This document shows positions 39,901 through 48,991 of a stretch of DNA of 64,000 nucleotides, one piece after another. Position 1 is the stretch's first letter. The number at the start of each line of letters is the position of its first letter. The position numbers and the translations under genes were made by a program. This stretch comes from a virus. Under the pieces are notes generated by a model. It was not told the DNA's origin. It made no database searches and saw nothing but the letters and a program-made list of their open reading frames with translations. The stretch lies in IMG/VR virus record IMGVR_UViG_3300034073_003245, positions 1 to 64,000 of that record; one strand, 5' to 3'.

Positions 39901-41126
39901 TAGGGACGGAGTGTGTCCAGCATCTTGTTCCAGCCATAAGTGAATCTGTCCCACCAGTCGGACATTCTCTGGAAGATTCCCTCTGCTTCGTGGAGGTTAT
40001 TGTTAATAAAATCTGTTAAATATCTAACAACTTTGTCTGTTGCAGAAACTATTGATTCCAGCATTGATCCCATGCCGAATCTCTGGGTGCTTGCAGAAAT
40101 TCTTACAAAACCCCTACGCAAAATATTAAATATATCGTATGCAGCCTGTTTCATTGGCTCAAGAAGAGGCTGACCCAAATCTGCAAGTTGATTTCTTAGA
40201 ATATTAAAATACCCTTTGATTCTGTTCATGAGCGTTCCAGAAACGGCATCAAACTGGCCTTCAACTCCGGCGGCTTTTGCAAGTTCTCCACTAGTGATTG
40301 CTTGTTCAAGTTCTTTCTTTGTGTCAATACCAAGTTTTTTCATTGCCTTTTTCATGGCTTCTTGATCCGGGAAAAGACCTTCGGCTGCAACTTTCGCTTC
40401 CGAGAAACCCTTCTTTGTGTCTTGGAGAATTGCAATAAGTTCTCCAGCCTTCTTCACACCCTCTTCAAGAGGCTGGCCAGCAGAGGCAAAGTCCATCAGC
40501 CCTTTTAGTGTATTTTGTGATCTTTGGTTAAACGTTGAAGTTTTAGAAACTGTCGCAAAAACAGTTCCAAGATTTTGCATACCAGCAGCGGCAAGATATG
40601 CATCAGACTGTAGTGCTCTTAGAGTTTGACGAGACTGGTTAAGACCTGGGCCAAATTCTCTTTTTTGCGTGTAGCGAAACGCAAACATTGCCGCTTCTTG
40701 TTCCCTCATGGCGGCAGCAGCGGCAGATAGACCTGCTGTGAATGCTGCCATACCGGCAGCAAGTGGGCCCATAGTTGAGCGCATTGCTTTCATGATCCAG
40801 TTGCCGGCGACAAACGACGCATGGACGGCAATCATGGCTGCTGACATCAAGCCAAGTTCAAGAACCACTCCCTTTAGGGACAGGTTCATGGCCTTAAGGC
40901 CTATTGTTCCCATCATCTTGACGGATTTGTCAAGAGCATCAAAATGTTTACGCCATTTGACAGATGACTGATTTAGTCTGTTCTGGGTCTGATTTAAGCG
41001 TCCTACGGTGTTGTTGAGCGCTCTTGTGCGACTGTCTAACTGCCGTATGTCTCTGTTGGCTGACCGGAATCCACGCCCATCATAACGAGAGTCTATTTTT
41101 AAGACTGTCTCTGCTGTGGCCGCCAT
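36927..41126 (-). CDS. Tape measure protein with C-terminal M15-like peptidase domain
   Basis: 1399 aa, helical and Ala/Gly-rich, follows the chaperones; SDHVTGRAYDL...HLHV. Confidence 0.85.
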   Translation of the reverse strand: MAATAETVLKIDSRYDGRGFRSANRDIRQLDSRTRALNNTVGRLNQTQNRLNQSSVKWRKHFDALDKSVKMMGTIGLKAMNLSLKGVVLELGLMSAAMIAVHASFVAGNWIMKAMRSTMGPLAAGMAAFTAGLSAAAAAMREQEAAMFAFRYTQKREFGPGLNQSRQTLRALQSDAYLAAAGMQNLGTVFATVSKTSTFNQRSQNTLKGLMDFASAGQPLEEGVKKAGELIAILQDTKKGFSEAKVAAEGLFPDQEAMKKAMKKLGIDTKKELEQAITSGELAKAAGVEGQFDAVSGTLMNRIKGYFNILRNQLADLGQPLLEPMKQAAYDIFNILRRGFVRISASTQRFGMGSMLESIVSATDKVVRYLTDFINNNLHEAEGIFQRMSDWWDRFTYGWNKMLDTLRPYIDGARVIEKMFGRVWAHVKAVGSSRFGQFNQWLQNNSDTVLEFGDRVGELIGKIMEFQGEMTKLFQRMLPFINDVLSGLTAIVGAITSMVKGLQGLTGGGAFGAFATFALMRTGLQKAKNTKGGFIASENVRNMNVNANNVNIGGIGARGAPATPVAGGRNLGTTMAALNRGQVITPGGGGGMSSRGMMSTGGAPIIIAPGGGPGGPGGPGGPGGFVLPTPSIPAGPTSPVNRRWYTGDPNYRVNLPGRAARFNRIGQWFYNQSVDYDDTPGGKDFKDTRRQRTASFLRRQRSEGKFGKRMGKFQGSMSGKMGASMGLSALSMIAPQEAQGALALGGMVGMMNPLAGLAVGLGGTALTAKTSAGGALSGIGGGAALGAMMGGPVGAAVGAVVGGVVGAIAGNLNKKRAEAKQARKNATEMTNEILNTTLSGIFDSVAKESGSGRTAVRDVFKNLQERQRRVQEVIGEIPSYRADQEKTVKQIFSLQKQLGVEMSSKELEENLKKPGEFLKTMKKDMELTEQAMGPLQEKYNKRMDDLNRITGKSDREINELAKSMNVNLYDATKSSIEIMKELGLTTMKTTEQMKTSLNNILVDNLSIFDENLKRLEAPEILNETARAFRDLVDSTSGGQASEKDKTKFIRDIIEQNIAYYGDPGMALAQTMLSFQKGGTAYQKGGAFEGMADQKFYENPAFVEYQKAVLPQFAGQISGQLNTLLLGKSGQTLNAEEVNQRIMKMSPEQLAKIAQASIGGFNQGSLRMGEYLTSLGLGGLKMTALDKPSSEATKLEDLPQEMANKTTELINKMKEFYTSQQEQVPSWYTKESFKKLLETEDTPTPRGSRIGDTTSSKLAQTMGRHSAMDGMLTGKRTVTSSFRNYGLGSINSDHVTGRAYDLVGQNLGQYQTLVRAGGGFAEFHGIGGARHLHVVPGPGIGDSATPVGQMASRQPLTMGSGGGNNYNFYISGNANASANEIAEMVFQKVKDIERQKRDRS

Positions 41127-41159
41127 ATAAACCCCGTCGCACTAATAGGTCGGGCGCGG

Positions 41160-41350
41160 TTACTGAGATGCCCGTTTTTCCTGTTCTTCGCGATCTTGTT
41201 GAATAACTTTAGCACAGGCAAGCCGAATTAACCATTCGTCTTCCGTGCAATTAAGCAGCGAAATAGGGTCTGTTCCGAACAATTCCCCCAACCTTGCGGC
41301 TGAGATTATTGAGGAGTCCTCAACTAGTTCGCTGAAGACTCCATCGTAGG
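41160..41350 (-). CDS. Tail assembly chaperone -1 frame extension (GT-like)
   Basis: Open -1 frame without an ATG start, YDGVFSELVEDSSIISAARLGELFGTDPISLL...EKRASQ*, lying between the chaperone and the tape measure. Confidence 0.6.
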
Positions 41351-41860
41351 GTCCACGGTGTCAACTGTATCCGAGTATCCTGCTGCGTCAAGGATTGCGA
41401 GCGCGCCAGCCTCAAGATGTGGATCAACGCCAAAAAATGCCCGAACAGCATCGGGAACAGGCTTTGTCGCATCCGTCATCTCCAGAACATCTGGTGAGGC
41501 AAAGTTGAGGGCATAGCCATCTTCGTCAAAGACCTCTTCACCGTCAATGCAAATGCCGACAGTCGTGTGGCCAATAACGAAACATGAGAACTTAGTGGCA
41601 TCAAGACCGTTCTTTGAGTCCTCTCCACAAGCCTTACGCCAGTTCTTTAACTGATTCTGTGTGATATTTGGGCTGATTCTCAGTGAAACGCCAGGACGTT
41701 CTGGGACCTCAAGGCGCACAACAGGACGCTCAACTTTTTTCTGTATCGCTTCCTTGAGACGGCCGAGCATCGTGGGTTCTGTGGCTGTTTTTGAAGCCTT
41801 AGCCTTTGGCTGCTTCTCGTCTGCCGGCTCTTCTGCGTATAGGGACGTGTTATCTGTCAT
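41324..41860 (-). CDS. Tail assembly chaperone (G-like)
   Basis: Position between tube and tape measure; ends VDPT. Confidence 0.7.
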   Translation of the reverse strand: MTDNTSLYAEEPADEKQPKAKASKTATEPTMLGRLKEAIQKKVERPVVRLEVPERPGVSLRISPNITQNQLKNWRKACGEDSKNGLDATKFSCFVIGHTTVGICIDGEEVFDEDGYALNFASPDVLEMTDATKPVPDAVRAFFGVDPHLEAGALAILDAAGYSDTVDTVDPTMESSAN

Positions 41861-41866
41861 GCTGGC

Positions 41867-41875
41867 AGACTAGCA
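41867..41875 (-). promoter_or_regulatory. Extended -10 (TGcTAGTCT), leaderless start of the tail chaperone
   Basis: 6 nt before the ATG at 41860. Confidence 0.45.
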
Positions 41876-41921
41876 CAAAGCGCGCAATAGCGTGCAACTA
41901 ATTAGTAAATTGTTGTTTTAA

Positions 41922-42377
41922 TCAGACGACGCTCTGGACTGAAAATGTCAGCGCAAATGTCGTTGGCGCACCTGACGACGAGTCGCCGTCTGGCTCCGTA
42001 ATCCCAACCAGGAGGCATGAGGAGTAAACTCTGTCGGCGCCGCGAACCTTGATGTCACAGTCGTAAGTTGACACAGTGATGTCGTAGTAAGCACGGCCGA
42101 CCAGCGGTCTAAGGTCCTTCAACTTCTTGGCAATGCCGGCAGCCTTGCCATCGTCGTTGTTGTCATCGTCAAAGTGGGCAGTCAGAGTGATGTCACCGAT
42201 TTCTGCTGGCGCACAAAGAACTGTTGGAAACTTTGCGCCACCCTCATAAATCTTTTCAACAGATGCTGTGATTTCACCGCCTGAGACCTGGGCAAACCGG
42301 AAGGTTGTCCACTTTGGCAGCCCTTCGCTGACTGGTGTAATCTCGGCAAGAATTTGCCTCTGTGAAAGTTTAGCCAT
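41922..42377 (-). CDS. Tail tube protein
   Basis: 151 aa, directly after the sheath; F.QVSGG, GDITLT. Confidence 0.75.
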   Translation of the reverse strand: MAKLSQRQILAEITPVSEGLPKWTTFRFAQVSGGEITASVEKIYEGGAKFPTVLCAPAEIGDITLTAHFDDDNNDDGKAAGIAKKLKDLRPLVGRAYYDITVSTYDCDIKVRGADRVYSSCLLVGITEPDGDSSSGAPTTFALTFSVQSVV

Positions 42378-42389
42378 TTCTGTCTCCTA

Positions 42390-43847
42390 TTAGACGGTAA
42401 CTGTTGAGGTTAGGTTTGACTTGACAATCGTGACATTGATCTTGTCGCCAATGCCGGAAACGCGAACCCCAACCTGCGCCGAAACTGTTCCAGCAGCAAG
42501 GGAGGCTGTTGTGTTGATTGATTCATCACACTTGACTGTATATCCATTGTCAACCTGAACGCCATTGGCATTGAAACCCTCGTACAGAGCGCCAATTGCC
42601 CTCATTCTCTCGCAGATAGCAGTCAGTCTGCCGGTGATTGAAGCGAACAGGCTTCCTCTTGCGTCAATGACCGAGAACAGCAGGTCCTCCATTGAGGCAG
42701 AAGCCTCAACAACGACACTGTTGATAGTGTCTTGCGATGTGATGAAGCGGAAGTTCTCTGTGTCAGAGGAGAGTGACCGGGCTCCGTAGATCCGAACCTG
42801 ATTTGCAATAATTCTGATTGCATTAACGAAGTTCTCGTCAAGTTCGTCGCCAGTTGTCTTGTTTACATCAACCTCAACGCCATTGACGAAGTTTGCTGAA
42901 GAAATAAGACCGGCTGCTGGCTGATGAGGGCCAGTCTGGTTGTGTGCAAGAGCCCTCTTGCCGGCAATGTAGCCGTCGGGTGGGATCAGTCTATTGATGC
43001 CTGCGACCTCCGTTGGGACATAAACCCATGGGTAGTAGAGAGCGGCGTGTTCTGCACCATCTTCTCCCGCTAGGTCTGCTGCAACTGTTTCAGCGGCTGC
43101 GGCTGTCTGGCCATCGTCGGTGTGGAGAACGGCAATTCTATTGTAGGCATTTGCATGTGCAATTAGCGCAGTGTTGATTGAGTGAGTCTCTGGGCAAGAA
43201 ACCGCACCAGCGCCGTATGAGTCGCTGAACAACTCAAGGGCATCAACGAAGGCTGTAAATGTTGTATCAACGGTGTCATCGTCTCTGTCGTCATCGCCAG
43301 CGCTGAAAGAAACTGCAATTGTTGCTTCCGGAAGGTTGTCAGTGACTTTTGCCGCCGTAACGTACTTTGAAGCGATTGGGCTGTTGTTGATTGCGTTAAC
43401 AATGGCGTCGTTAGAAGCCTTAAGGCCTGTAGCGTACACAAGGTCGCCCGCATAGTAAAGGCGAACGTTTCTCAGAAGGCCAGAGGCAACAACCTCTGCC
43501 TCAAGATCTTCGCTCCATGAACCCTCGCCAACGGCAGTGAGAGTAATAACTGCAGCAGACGATGCTTCAAGGTCAAGCGAGCCGGAAGTAGCAGCAGGTC
43601 CAACAACTCTCGCGATATAGCACTGCGTGCCACCCTCTTCAAAGAAAGTCTGAACGGTTGGGTGCAGGTATGCGTAGGTGACATAGTCTCCATAGATTTG
43701 CTGGAACTCGGAAAGGCTTGTGACCTTAACCGCAGAGCCAGATGGCCCTCTTTGTGCAAGACCAACAAAAAAAGCCTGCGACGACTCTCTGATTGTTGCG
43801 CTAGTTGGACCAGTTCTTACTGCTGTGGATATTGTAACGCCCGGCAT
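42390..43847 (-). CDS. Tail sheath protein
   Basis: MPGV, FFVGLAQRGP, FFEEGG..CYI.RV, YYPWV, VNAIR..YGARSL. Confidence 0.92.
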   Translation of the reverse strand: MPGVTISTAVRTGPTSATIRESSQAFFVGLAQRGPSGSAVKVTSLSEFQQIYGDYVTYAYLHPTVQTFFEEGGTQCYIARVVGPAATSGSLDLEASSAAVITLTAVGEGSWSEDLEAEVVASGLLRNVRLYYAGDLVYATGLKASNDAIVNAINNSPIASKYVTAAKVTDNLPEATIAVSFSAGDDDRDDDTVDTTFTAFVDALELFSDSYGAGAVSCPETHSINTALIAHANAYNRIAVLHTDDGQTAAAAETVAADLAGEDGAEHAALYYPWVYVPTEVAGINRLIPPDGYIAGKRALAHNQTGPHQPAAGLISSANFVNGVEVDVNKTTGDELDENFVNAIRIIANQVRIYGARSLSSDTENFRFITSQDTINSVVVEASASMEDLLFSVIDARGSLFASITGRLTAICERMRAIGALYEGFNANGVQVDNGYTVKCDESINTTASLAAGTVSAQVGVRVSGIGDKINVTIVKSNLTSTVTV

Positions 43848-43865
43848 GGCACCTCTCTCCGTTGG

Positions 43866-44246
43866 TTAAAATTCGTCGCCTGATGGTGTCTCGGATTCCT
43901 CTGACGAATCCAATTGTACAGATGGCGAAGGTTCGGGTTCTGCAACTGTAGTAAAAGTTTCAGGTTCAGGCTGTGGCTCTTCTGCTTTCGCCTTCTTGCT
44001 CTTTGGGGCTGGTGCAGGATCTGACTGTGAAACAATTTTGTATTTTTTTGACTTAACGCCATCAAGCACTGCTGGATGGCATGCGCAGGCAACGCCAGTG
44101 TTTCCCGGATAAAGAAGAACAGATGGATTTCCTACTGAGACATTTCTGCCGGACACGTTGACGAATGTAACAACTCCAGCATCGGTTGACGCAAGTTCGG
44201 CGTTGGAATTGCTTTTGATTTTCTTTACATCATGCACATGTGCCAT
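43866..44246 (-). CDS. Hypothetical protein with acidic/Pro-rich tail
   Basis: GGAG RBS; sits before the sheath gene. Confidence 0.55.
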   Translation of the reverse strand: MAHVHDVKKIKSNSNAELASTDAGVVTFVNVSGRNVSVGNPSVLLYPGNTGVACACHPAVLDGVKSKKYKIVSQSDPAPAPKSKKAKAEEPQPEPETFTTVAEPEPSPSVQLDSSEESETPSGDEF

Positions 44247-44294
44247 AAAAATCTCCATTGACTACAAAGTGACAAAATTGTACATCATAAAAAG

Positions 44295-44876
44295 TCACTC
44301 AAGACTGAGCGAAGAGTATGTAATTCCTATTTCACTAGCAGTTCCTATTGGTTGTCTATCAACAACTTCATCTATTGACAGGTCGTAAGATATATACGCA
44401 CCAGCCATTACTCTGTCTCCCTTGAGAAGCGTTAGATCAGAGAATTGCTCCTGCATTGATGCTTCGTCTATCTGTACTCTAAAAGTCTCACGCTCGTCCA
44501 TTGCCTGTAAACACGGGTAGTCCAGCAGCGCAGACCTAACAACAGTGGTGAGCCGGTCCCTCATCAATGTCACTTCCTCTGATCCAATATCCCTGGCCCA
44601 AACATATGTTCTCATAGAGTAGTTGACTCTATATAGCGGATTGTCTCCGCTGTAGCCAATTCTATTAAAATTATTAGTTGACATCACAACAGTAATAACA
44701 GTTGGCCATGAATCAAGAGCAACTGGCTCGTAAGTGAGGAATGTAATTGGATCCGGCATATTCCCATCATGCGCAGACCAGCCGTTACGGTAGGAAACAA
44801 GCCGGACCGGAATATCCCTTTTAAGGTATTCATTAACGTAGTTCTTGGCAAACTGAGCGCCATTCATTAGTTCCAT
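44295..44876 (-). CDS. Tail terminator/neck protein
   Basis: Synteny and size. Confidence 0.55.
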   Translation of the reverse strand: MELMNGAQFAKNYVNEYLKRDIPVRLVSYRNGWSAHDGNMPDPITFLTYEPVALDSWPTVITVVMSTNNFNRIGYSGDNPLYRVNYSMRTYVWARDIGSEEVTLMRDRLTTVVRSALLDYPCLQAMDERETFRVQIDEASMQEQFSDLTLLKGDRVMAGAYISYDLSIDEVVDRQPIGTASEIGITYSSLSLE

Positions 44877-45331
44877 CAGTCTGCATCCTCAAGGTATTCG
44901 GCAACGTCTTTCTCTAGTTGCTTTGCAAACAGCGGCGGCTCAAAAATGATCTCTCTTTTTGGCATGCTCCACGTCCCAAATTGGTGGAACTTGGCAACAT
45001 CACCCCTAATACCAAATGTTGCACTTTTCTTTCTTATGACCCTTACATTGAGCCTCTCAAGAGACCGGAACAGTTTGCCGTTTTGCACCAGCATTGGAGC
45101 GCCGATGTACCTCTTCGCTTTCCACGCCCCATACTCTGCGTCAAGCGGCTTCCAACCACCAACAAGACTTCCCTGGGTTGTGAAGTTAAAGATCCAAGAT
45201 TCTTTAAGTCTTTCTTCTGCTTTTAAAAAAACAGGTTCTAAATTTTTAGTTCTTCTTTCAACTTTTTTTAATAAATCTCTTAAAGGATCGCCGTCAAACT
45301 CAATCTGGTATCTAATTTTTCTCGCATACAT
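44876..45331 (-). CDS. Virion morphogenesis (Mu gpG/P2 gpS-like) protein
   Basis: WKPL, LVQNGKLFRSL, FHQFGT..MPKR. Confidence 0.75.
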   Translation of the reverse strand: MYARKIRYQIEFDGDPLRDLLKKVERRTKNLEPVFLKAEERLKESWIFNFTTQGSLVGGWKPLDAEYGAWKAKRYIGAPMLVQNGKLFRSLERLNVRVIRKKSATFGIRGDVAKFHQFGTWSMPKREIIFEPPLFAKQLEKDVAEYLEDAD

Positions 45332-45333
45332 TT

Positions 45334-45984
45334 TTACGCAACCCGAGTTCTACGGTACTTTTTCACGGACATGAGTTCCCGCTCGGTAAACCCAGTCTCT
45401 AGAGGGGCGACGTTTCTTGACTCTAAATCCTTGATCCCGACAACGTCGTCATGCATATTTTGCATTTCTCTTGTCGCGGCGCGGAGTATCAAAAGTTTGA
45501 AGAAAGGTATTGCCTCGCCATCAAGGCCAGCCTCGTAGGTAACCGTAACCAAATCATCAGCCAACAGCAGATACACATCAATCCCATAGCGACGCACTAC
45601 GTAGTCTCTTTCTGCGACGAGGGTCTGCTCGGTACCGTTGATGGGCTTAACCTTGACTTCCGATACGGACACAACGGGAGAATTTCTTAGATAGACAGTC
45701 TCTGGAGGCATCGCATAGTTAATGGCGCTTTGCTGTGAATTTCCCTGGCTTGTATAAAAAGAAGATTCTAAATTGTGGTTGTAGAAAAATGAGGACATCG
45801 GCATTGGCTGGTTGAACGAAGAAACCCTGTGTTCCTCAATAAATTCAGTCACCTCAATCGGCCTTCTCAGGTACGTCTCAAGTTCGCTTTGCAGGCCAGC
45901 GAGAACCATGTCGGCAGCGTCCTGTTGACGCAGCGACAGGCTTATGTCCATGTAAGTGACAAGGTCTTGTGCCGTAACCAGCAT
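45334..45984 (-). CDS. Head-tail adaptor
   Basis: MLVT..DL, L...PVVSV, VTVTYEAG. Confidence 0.7.
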   Translation of the reverse strand: MLVTAQDLVTYMDISLSLRQQDAADMVLAGLQSELETYLRRPIEVTEFIEEHRVSSFNQPMPMSSFFYNHNLESSFYTSQGNSQQSAINYAMPPETVYLRNSPVVSVSEVKVKPINGTEQTLVAERDYVVRRYGIDVYLLLADDLVTVTYEAGLDGEAIPFFKLLILRAATREMQNMHDDVVGIKDLESRNVAPLETGFTERELMSVKKYRRTRVA

Positions 45985-46009
45985 TGCTTATACCCCCTAG
46001 GGGTTTAAA

Positions 46010-46216
46010 TCAGCCGCGACCGCGACGACGGAACAGGTTGGTGACGCCCTCGCGCACGATGTCGCGGACACGCTCTTCCTGGGTTCCGCCCTGGCCAAAG
46101 CGCCGCCTGCCCAACTGTGCAGCGGAGCGGCCAACTCTGCGAATTCTGCTTGAGCGACGGCCGCCTCTTCTGCCTCCGCGACCGCCCCCGAGAGTAAACT
46201 TCAAGCCTGGGATCAT
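46010..46216 (-). CDS. Small Arg/Gly-rich basic protein
   Basis: AGGAG RBS and its own TACAAT -10; about 18 Arg in 68 aa. Confidence 0.6.
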   Translation of the reverse strand: MIPGLKFTLGGGRGGRRGGRRSSRIRRVGRSAAQLGRRRFGQGGTQEERVRDIVREGVTNLFRRRGRG

Positions 46217-46274
46217 TGAAAACTCCTAATCAAGTGTTTTCAGTGATTGTACCACTATGCAAATAGCGCTTTTG

Positions 46275-46823
46275 TTATCTGTCAGCGTTTGGCGGTTTTT
46301 CAGCAGTAAAGCCAGAGTCAACAGTACCCGCTGGCGCCTCAACTGGAACCCATGCGCGAGAGTATTTGTGATTAGCCACATCTCTGTGCTTTAAAAGGGA
46401 CCCGTCCATCATTAGTTGATACTCGTCGGTCTTCATTTGAAGCAAAGAATCCATGTCTTTTTTGTCATATTTTTTTGACCTAATGATGTTTCTAATAATG
46501 CTGGAAACTGGCTTGGCAACCATGGTTGTTCTGCCCCTGTTGAGACGTATGTGCATCAATTGTGCGTCAATGCTGTCGCAGTCAAAAAAGATCACAGGGC
46601 AACTACCTCCGCATGCATCCTGTATGCGTTTTTGAGACTGCCCCAACAAGAGTCTCTCATTCCCATCAATAACTATATTTGTTGACGACTGGACAATCAG
46701 TGGAGAAAGAATCCCGTAGTCAGCCAACGAACGAGATAGGACCAAAAGATCCGGGCGAAGAATGTGGGTTGATTTAAATGGGGCAACATGAAGTTCCGCG
46801 AAGTCAACATAATCAATCTTCAT
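46275..46823 (-). CDS. ParB/Srx-like protein (IbrB-like)
   Basis: YGILSPLIV...VIDGNER, IRLNRGR, YSRAWVP. Confidence 0.75.
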   Translation of the reverse strand: MKIDYVDFAELHVAPFKSTHILRPDLLVLSRSLADYGILSPLIVQSSTNIVIDGNERLLLGQSQKRIQDACGGSCPVIFFDCDSIDAQLMHIRLNRGRTTMVAKPVSSIIRNIIRSKKYDKKDMDSLLQMKTDEYQLMMDGSLLKHRDVANHKYSRAWVPVEAPAGTVDSGFTAEKPPNADR

Positions 46824-47952
46824 TTGCTAGTTCCTGTTCTGCTGCTTTCTGTCTAAGAGTGTGCGCCTTGGTCTTTGGCCCGACCGGCGCTGCTGCGGCA
46901 ACGTTTATTTCATTGAGAAGAAGGTTCCGTATAAGCCAGTTGATCGGGTACGAGTACGGGTCAGCGAGATGCTTTTTTCTGAAGTCGGCTACATAAGCCT
47001 TTGCGCGACGTTCATTATCTATTCCAAGCATGTTTTCATCTATGCATCGCTTAGCGCCATCAAAACCGTCATTCGCGTAACTCTCAATTAATTTCTCAAC
47101 ATCAAAGTCTTTCCACCATCTGCGCTGAGCATCAATTTCCGGCCAACACTCCCAGAGCCTGTCGTAAAACTCTGGCTCGGTGGCTATTACGTCACCAATC
47201 CTACGGATAGCGACAGAGTGGAGGGGAATACCGACACGTGTGTTGCTCCCAGTTAGCGCAGCAACATCGTAATACTCGCAATACTCCGCATTATGCTCTT
47301 CTGAAATAAATTTCAGAACATCATCCATTTGCCAGTCATAGATTACTTTTGCAAACTTCAAAGGTATTGACTTCTTCATTCTGTACGGCGAAACAATGTA
47401 GTTTTCGTGCAGTTTTTGAACCAGAGAACGGTATCTAACCATGGACTCGTTGGCTCTAACGCCAGTGATAAAAGCAACGCTCCCCTTCTTTCCCTGCATT
47501 GTGTAGTAGTCAACCATTTCCGGCAATCCCTCGTCTGAGGTGAGCCCAAAATGCTCTGCAGTGATAGCCCACTCAGGTATCGGTCTAACCCTGCGACCCT
47601 CTTTATATCTCTCATTGCTCCACAGAACAACAGGCTGTCTAGCCCCAAGAACCCATACTTCTGCCAGATATGGCAAGCAGTACCACTCCATATCAACCCA
47701 GTCATATTGCCTGACTTTGTTGGCATACTCGTAAATCATGGGGCTGACCATTTCTTCATCTCTAAAGATGACCTTTACTGGTCCGAGCCCACGTTCTTCA
47801 TGCACTTCTTTTGCTAGATACAAAACGGCAGTGCTGTCTTTGCCCCCAGAAAACTGGACGCATACGGTGTCAAAGGAATCATAAACGTGCCTAATGCGCT
47901 GGCGGGCTGCTTCAACTACGTCTATGTCAAGAAACATCCTCTGTCTAGTCAT
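46813..47952 (-). CDS. PAPS-reductase-family PP-loop protein (IbrA-like)
   Basis: V.EAARQRI, FSGGKDS, F.DEE, GVRANES..R, IYDW. Confidence 0.85.
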   Translation of the reverse strand: MTRQRMFLDIDVVEAARQRIRHVYDSFDTVCVQFSGGKDSTAVLYLAKEVHEERGLGPVKVIFRDEEMVSPMIYEYANKVRQYDWVDMEWYCLPYLAEVWVLGARQPVVLWSNERYKEGRRVRPIPEWAITAEHFGLTSDEGLPEMVDYYTMQGKKGSVAFITGVRANESMVRYRSLVQKLHENYIVSPYRMKKSIPLKFAKVIYDWQMDDVLKFISEEHNAEYCEYYDVAALTGSNTRVGIPLHSVAIRRIGDVIATEPEFYDRLWECWPEIDAQRRWWKDFDVEKLIESYANDGFDGAKRCIDENMLGIDNERRAKAYVADFRKKHLADPYSYPINWLIRNLLLNEINVAAAAPVGPKTKAHTLRQKAAEQELANED

Positions 47953-48218
47953 AGGTATGTAACCAATCCGCTCAGCCTTGAAATTTCCGCTCTCAGTTCA
48001 TCAATAACTCTATTGAGGCGATTTATTTCAAGATCTTTTTCGTCGGGCTTGCTGTAGTAGGGGTTGTTTTTGTTGTGGACCAAAGTTGCGTATCCGGACA
48101 TGAGATATTCACCCCAGTTGTCTCGCATATAGGCCCACCACTGTTCCCAGTCCTGCATGGACATCTTTCCTGCAGAACGGAATTCAACTCCAATTTCAGC
48201 GCCACTTCCTATAGCCAT
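47949..48218 (-). CDS. Hypothetical protein
   Basis: Coupled ORF with a C-terminal coiled coil. Confidence 0.5.
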   Translation of the reverse strand: MAIGSGAEIGVEFRSAGKMSMQDWEQWWAYMRDNWGEYLMSGYATLVHNKNNPYYSKPDEKDLEINRLNRVIDELRAEISRLSGLVTYL

Positions 48219-48991
48219 CAGTAATCAGCAACCGAGTCAAGAAAGTTAATCAATTTTTCTGATGTTGTATTGCCGTCAGTTCCGGGGTCGTTGCGAAGCC
48301 ACCGGATGAATTCATACCATCGTCTCTGCTGTTCTGGATTGTCAAAAACAAGCGTGTATTGGACCACTGCCTGGGGGGCTGATCCCGGTGCAACAACAGT
48401 GCTGCCAGAAACGGCGACTTCCCTGTGGTCAATATCCCTATTTGCGACAATCTTGCGCTCACCCTCTTCGTCTTCTTCAACATTGAGGGTTGGTGCCTGT
48501 GGGCGCTCCATGACGACAGGTGGGACGTATCCACCAGCGATGGGAGAAATGACTTCACTGGCAATCTGGGATTCCTCCATAGCGGCCATCTCAAACTCAT
48601 CCCAACCAAGATCTTCTAGCAATTCCGGATAGGAGTCATATACGTCAATAAGAAGATCGCTGAGTTCCCTGGGGTCTGTATGTCCAAGTTCCATCGTTCT
48701 GTTGTCTGCAAGCGCGTAGGCAATCGCCGTTTCGTCTGGCACGTCCATTTGTACGGCAGCAATTTCAGTCCACCCAAGACGTTTGGCGGCTTCAAGTTGG
48801 TGGTTTCCTGCGATGACGGTGTATGTTCCGTCAGAATTAGGTCGCACGACTATTGGCTTCATCTGCCCGAACTCGCTGTACGAGGATGCAATAGCGCCGA
48901 TGTTGCCTCGCCTGGGGTTTTTCTCCAGTGGTAACAACTGTTCTATTGGCAGTGCAAGTGACTGCAGGTCTTGGGAAATCTTATTAATCAT
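48218..48991 (-). CDS. ParB N-terminal domain protein
   Basis: NPRRG, FGQ.KPIVV, IAGNH..EAAKRLG, ALADNR. Confidence 0.85.
   Translation of the reverse strand: MINKISQDLQSLALPIEQLLPLEKNPRRGNIGAIASSYSEFGQMKPIVVRPNSDGTYTVIAGNHQLEAAKRLGWTEIAAVQMDVPDETAIAYALADNRTMELGHTDPRELSDLLIDVYDSYPELLEDLGWDEFEMAAMEESQIASEVISPIAGGYVPPVVMERPQAPTLNVEEDEEGERKIVANRDIDHREVAVSGSTVVAPGSAPQAVVQYTLVFDNPEQQRRWYEFIRWLRNDPGTDGNTTSEKLINFLDSVADY

Noticed and set aside
30681-43847. Extracellular contractile injection system/tailocin
   Set aside because: Terminase, portal, prohead protease and neck genes show a complete phage.
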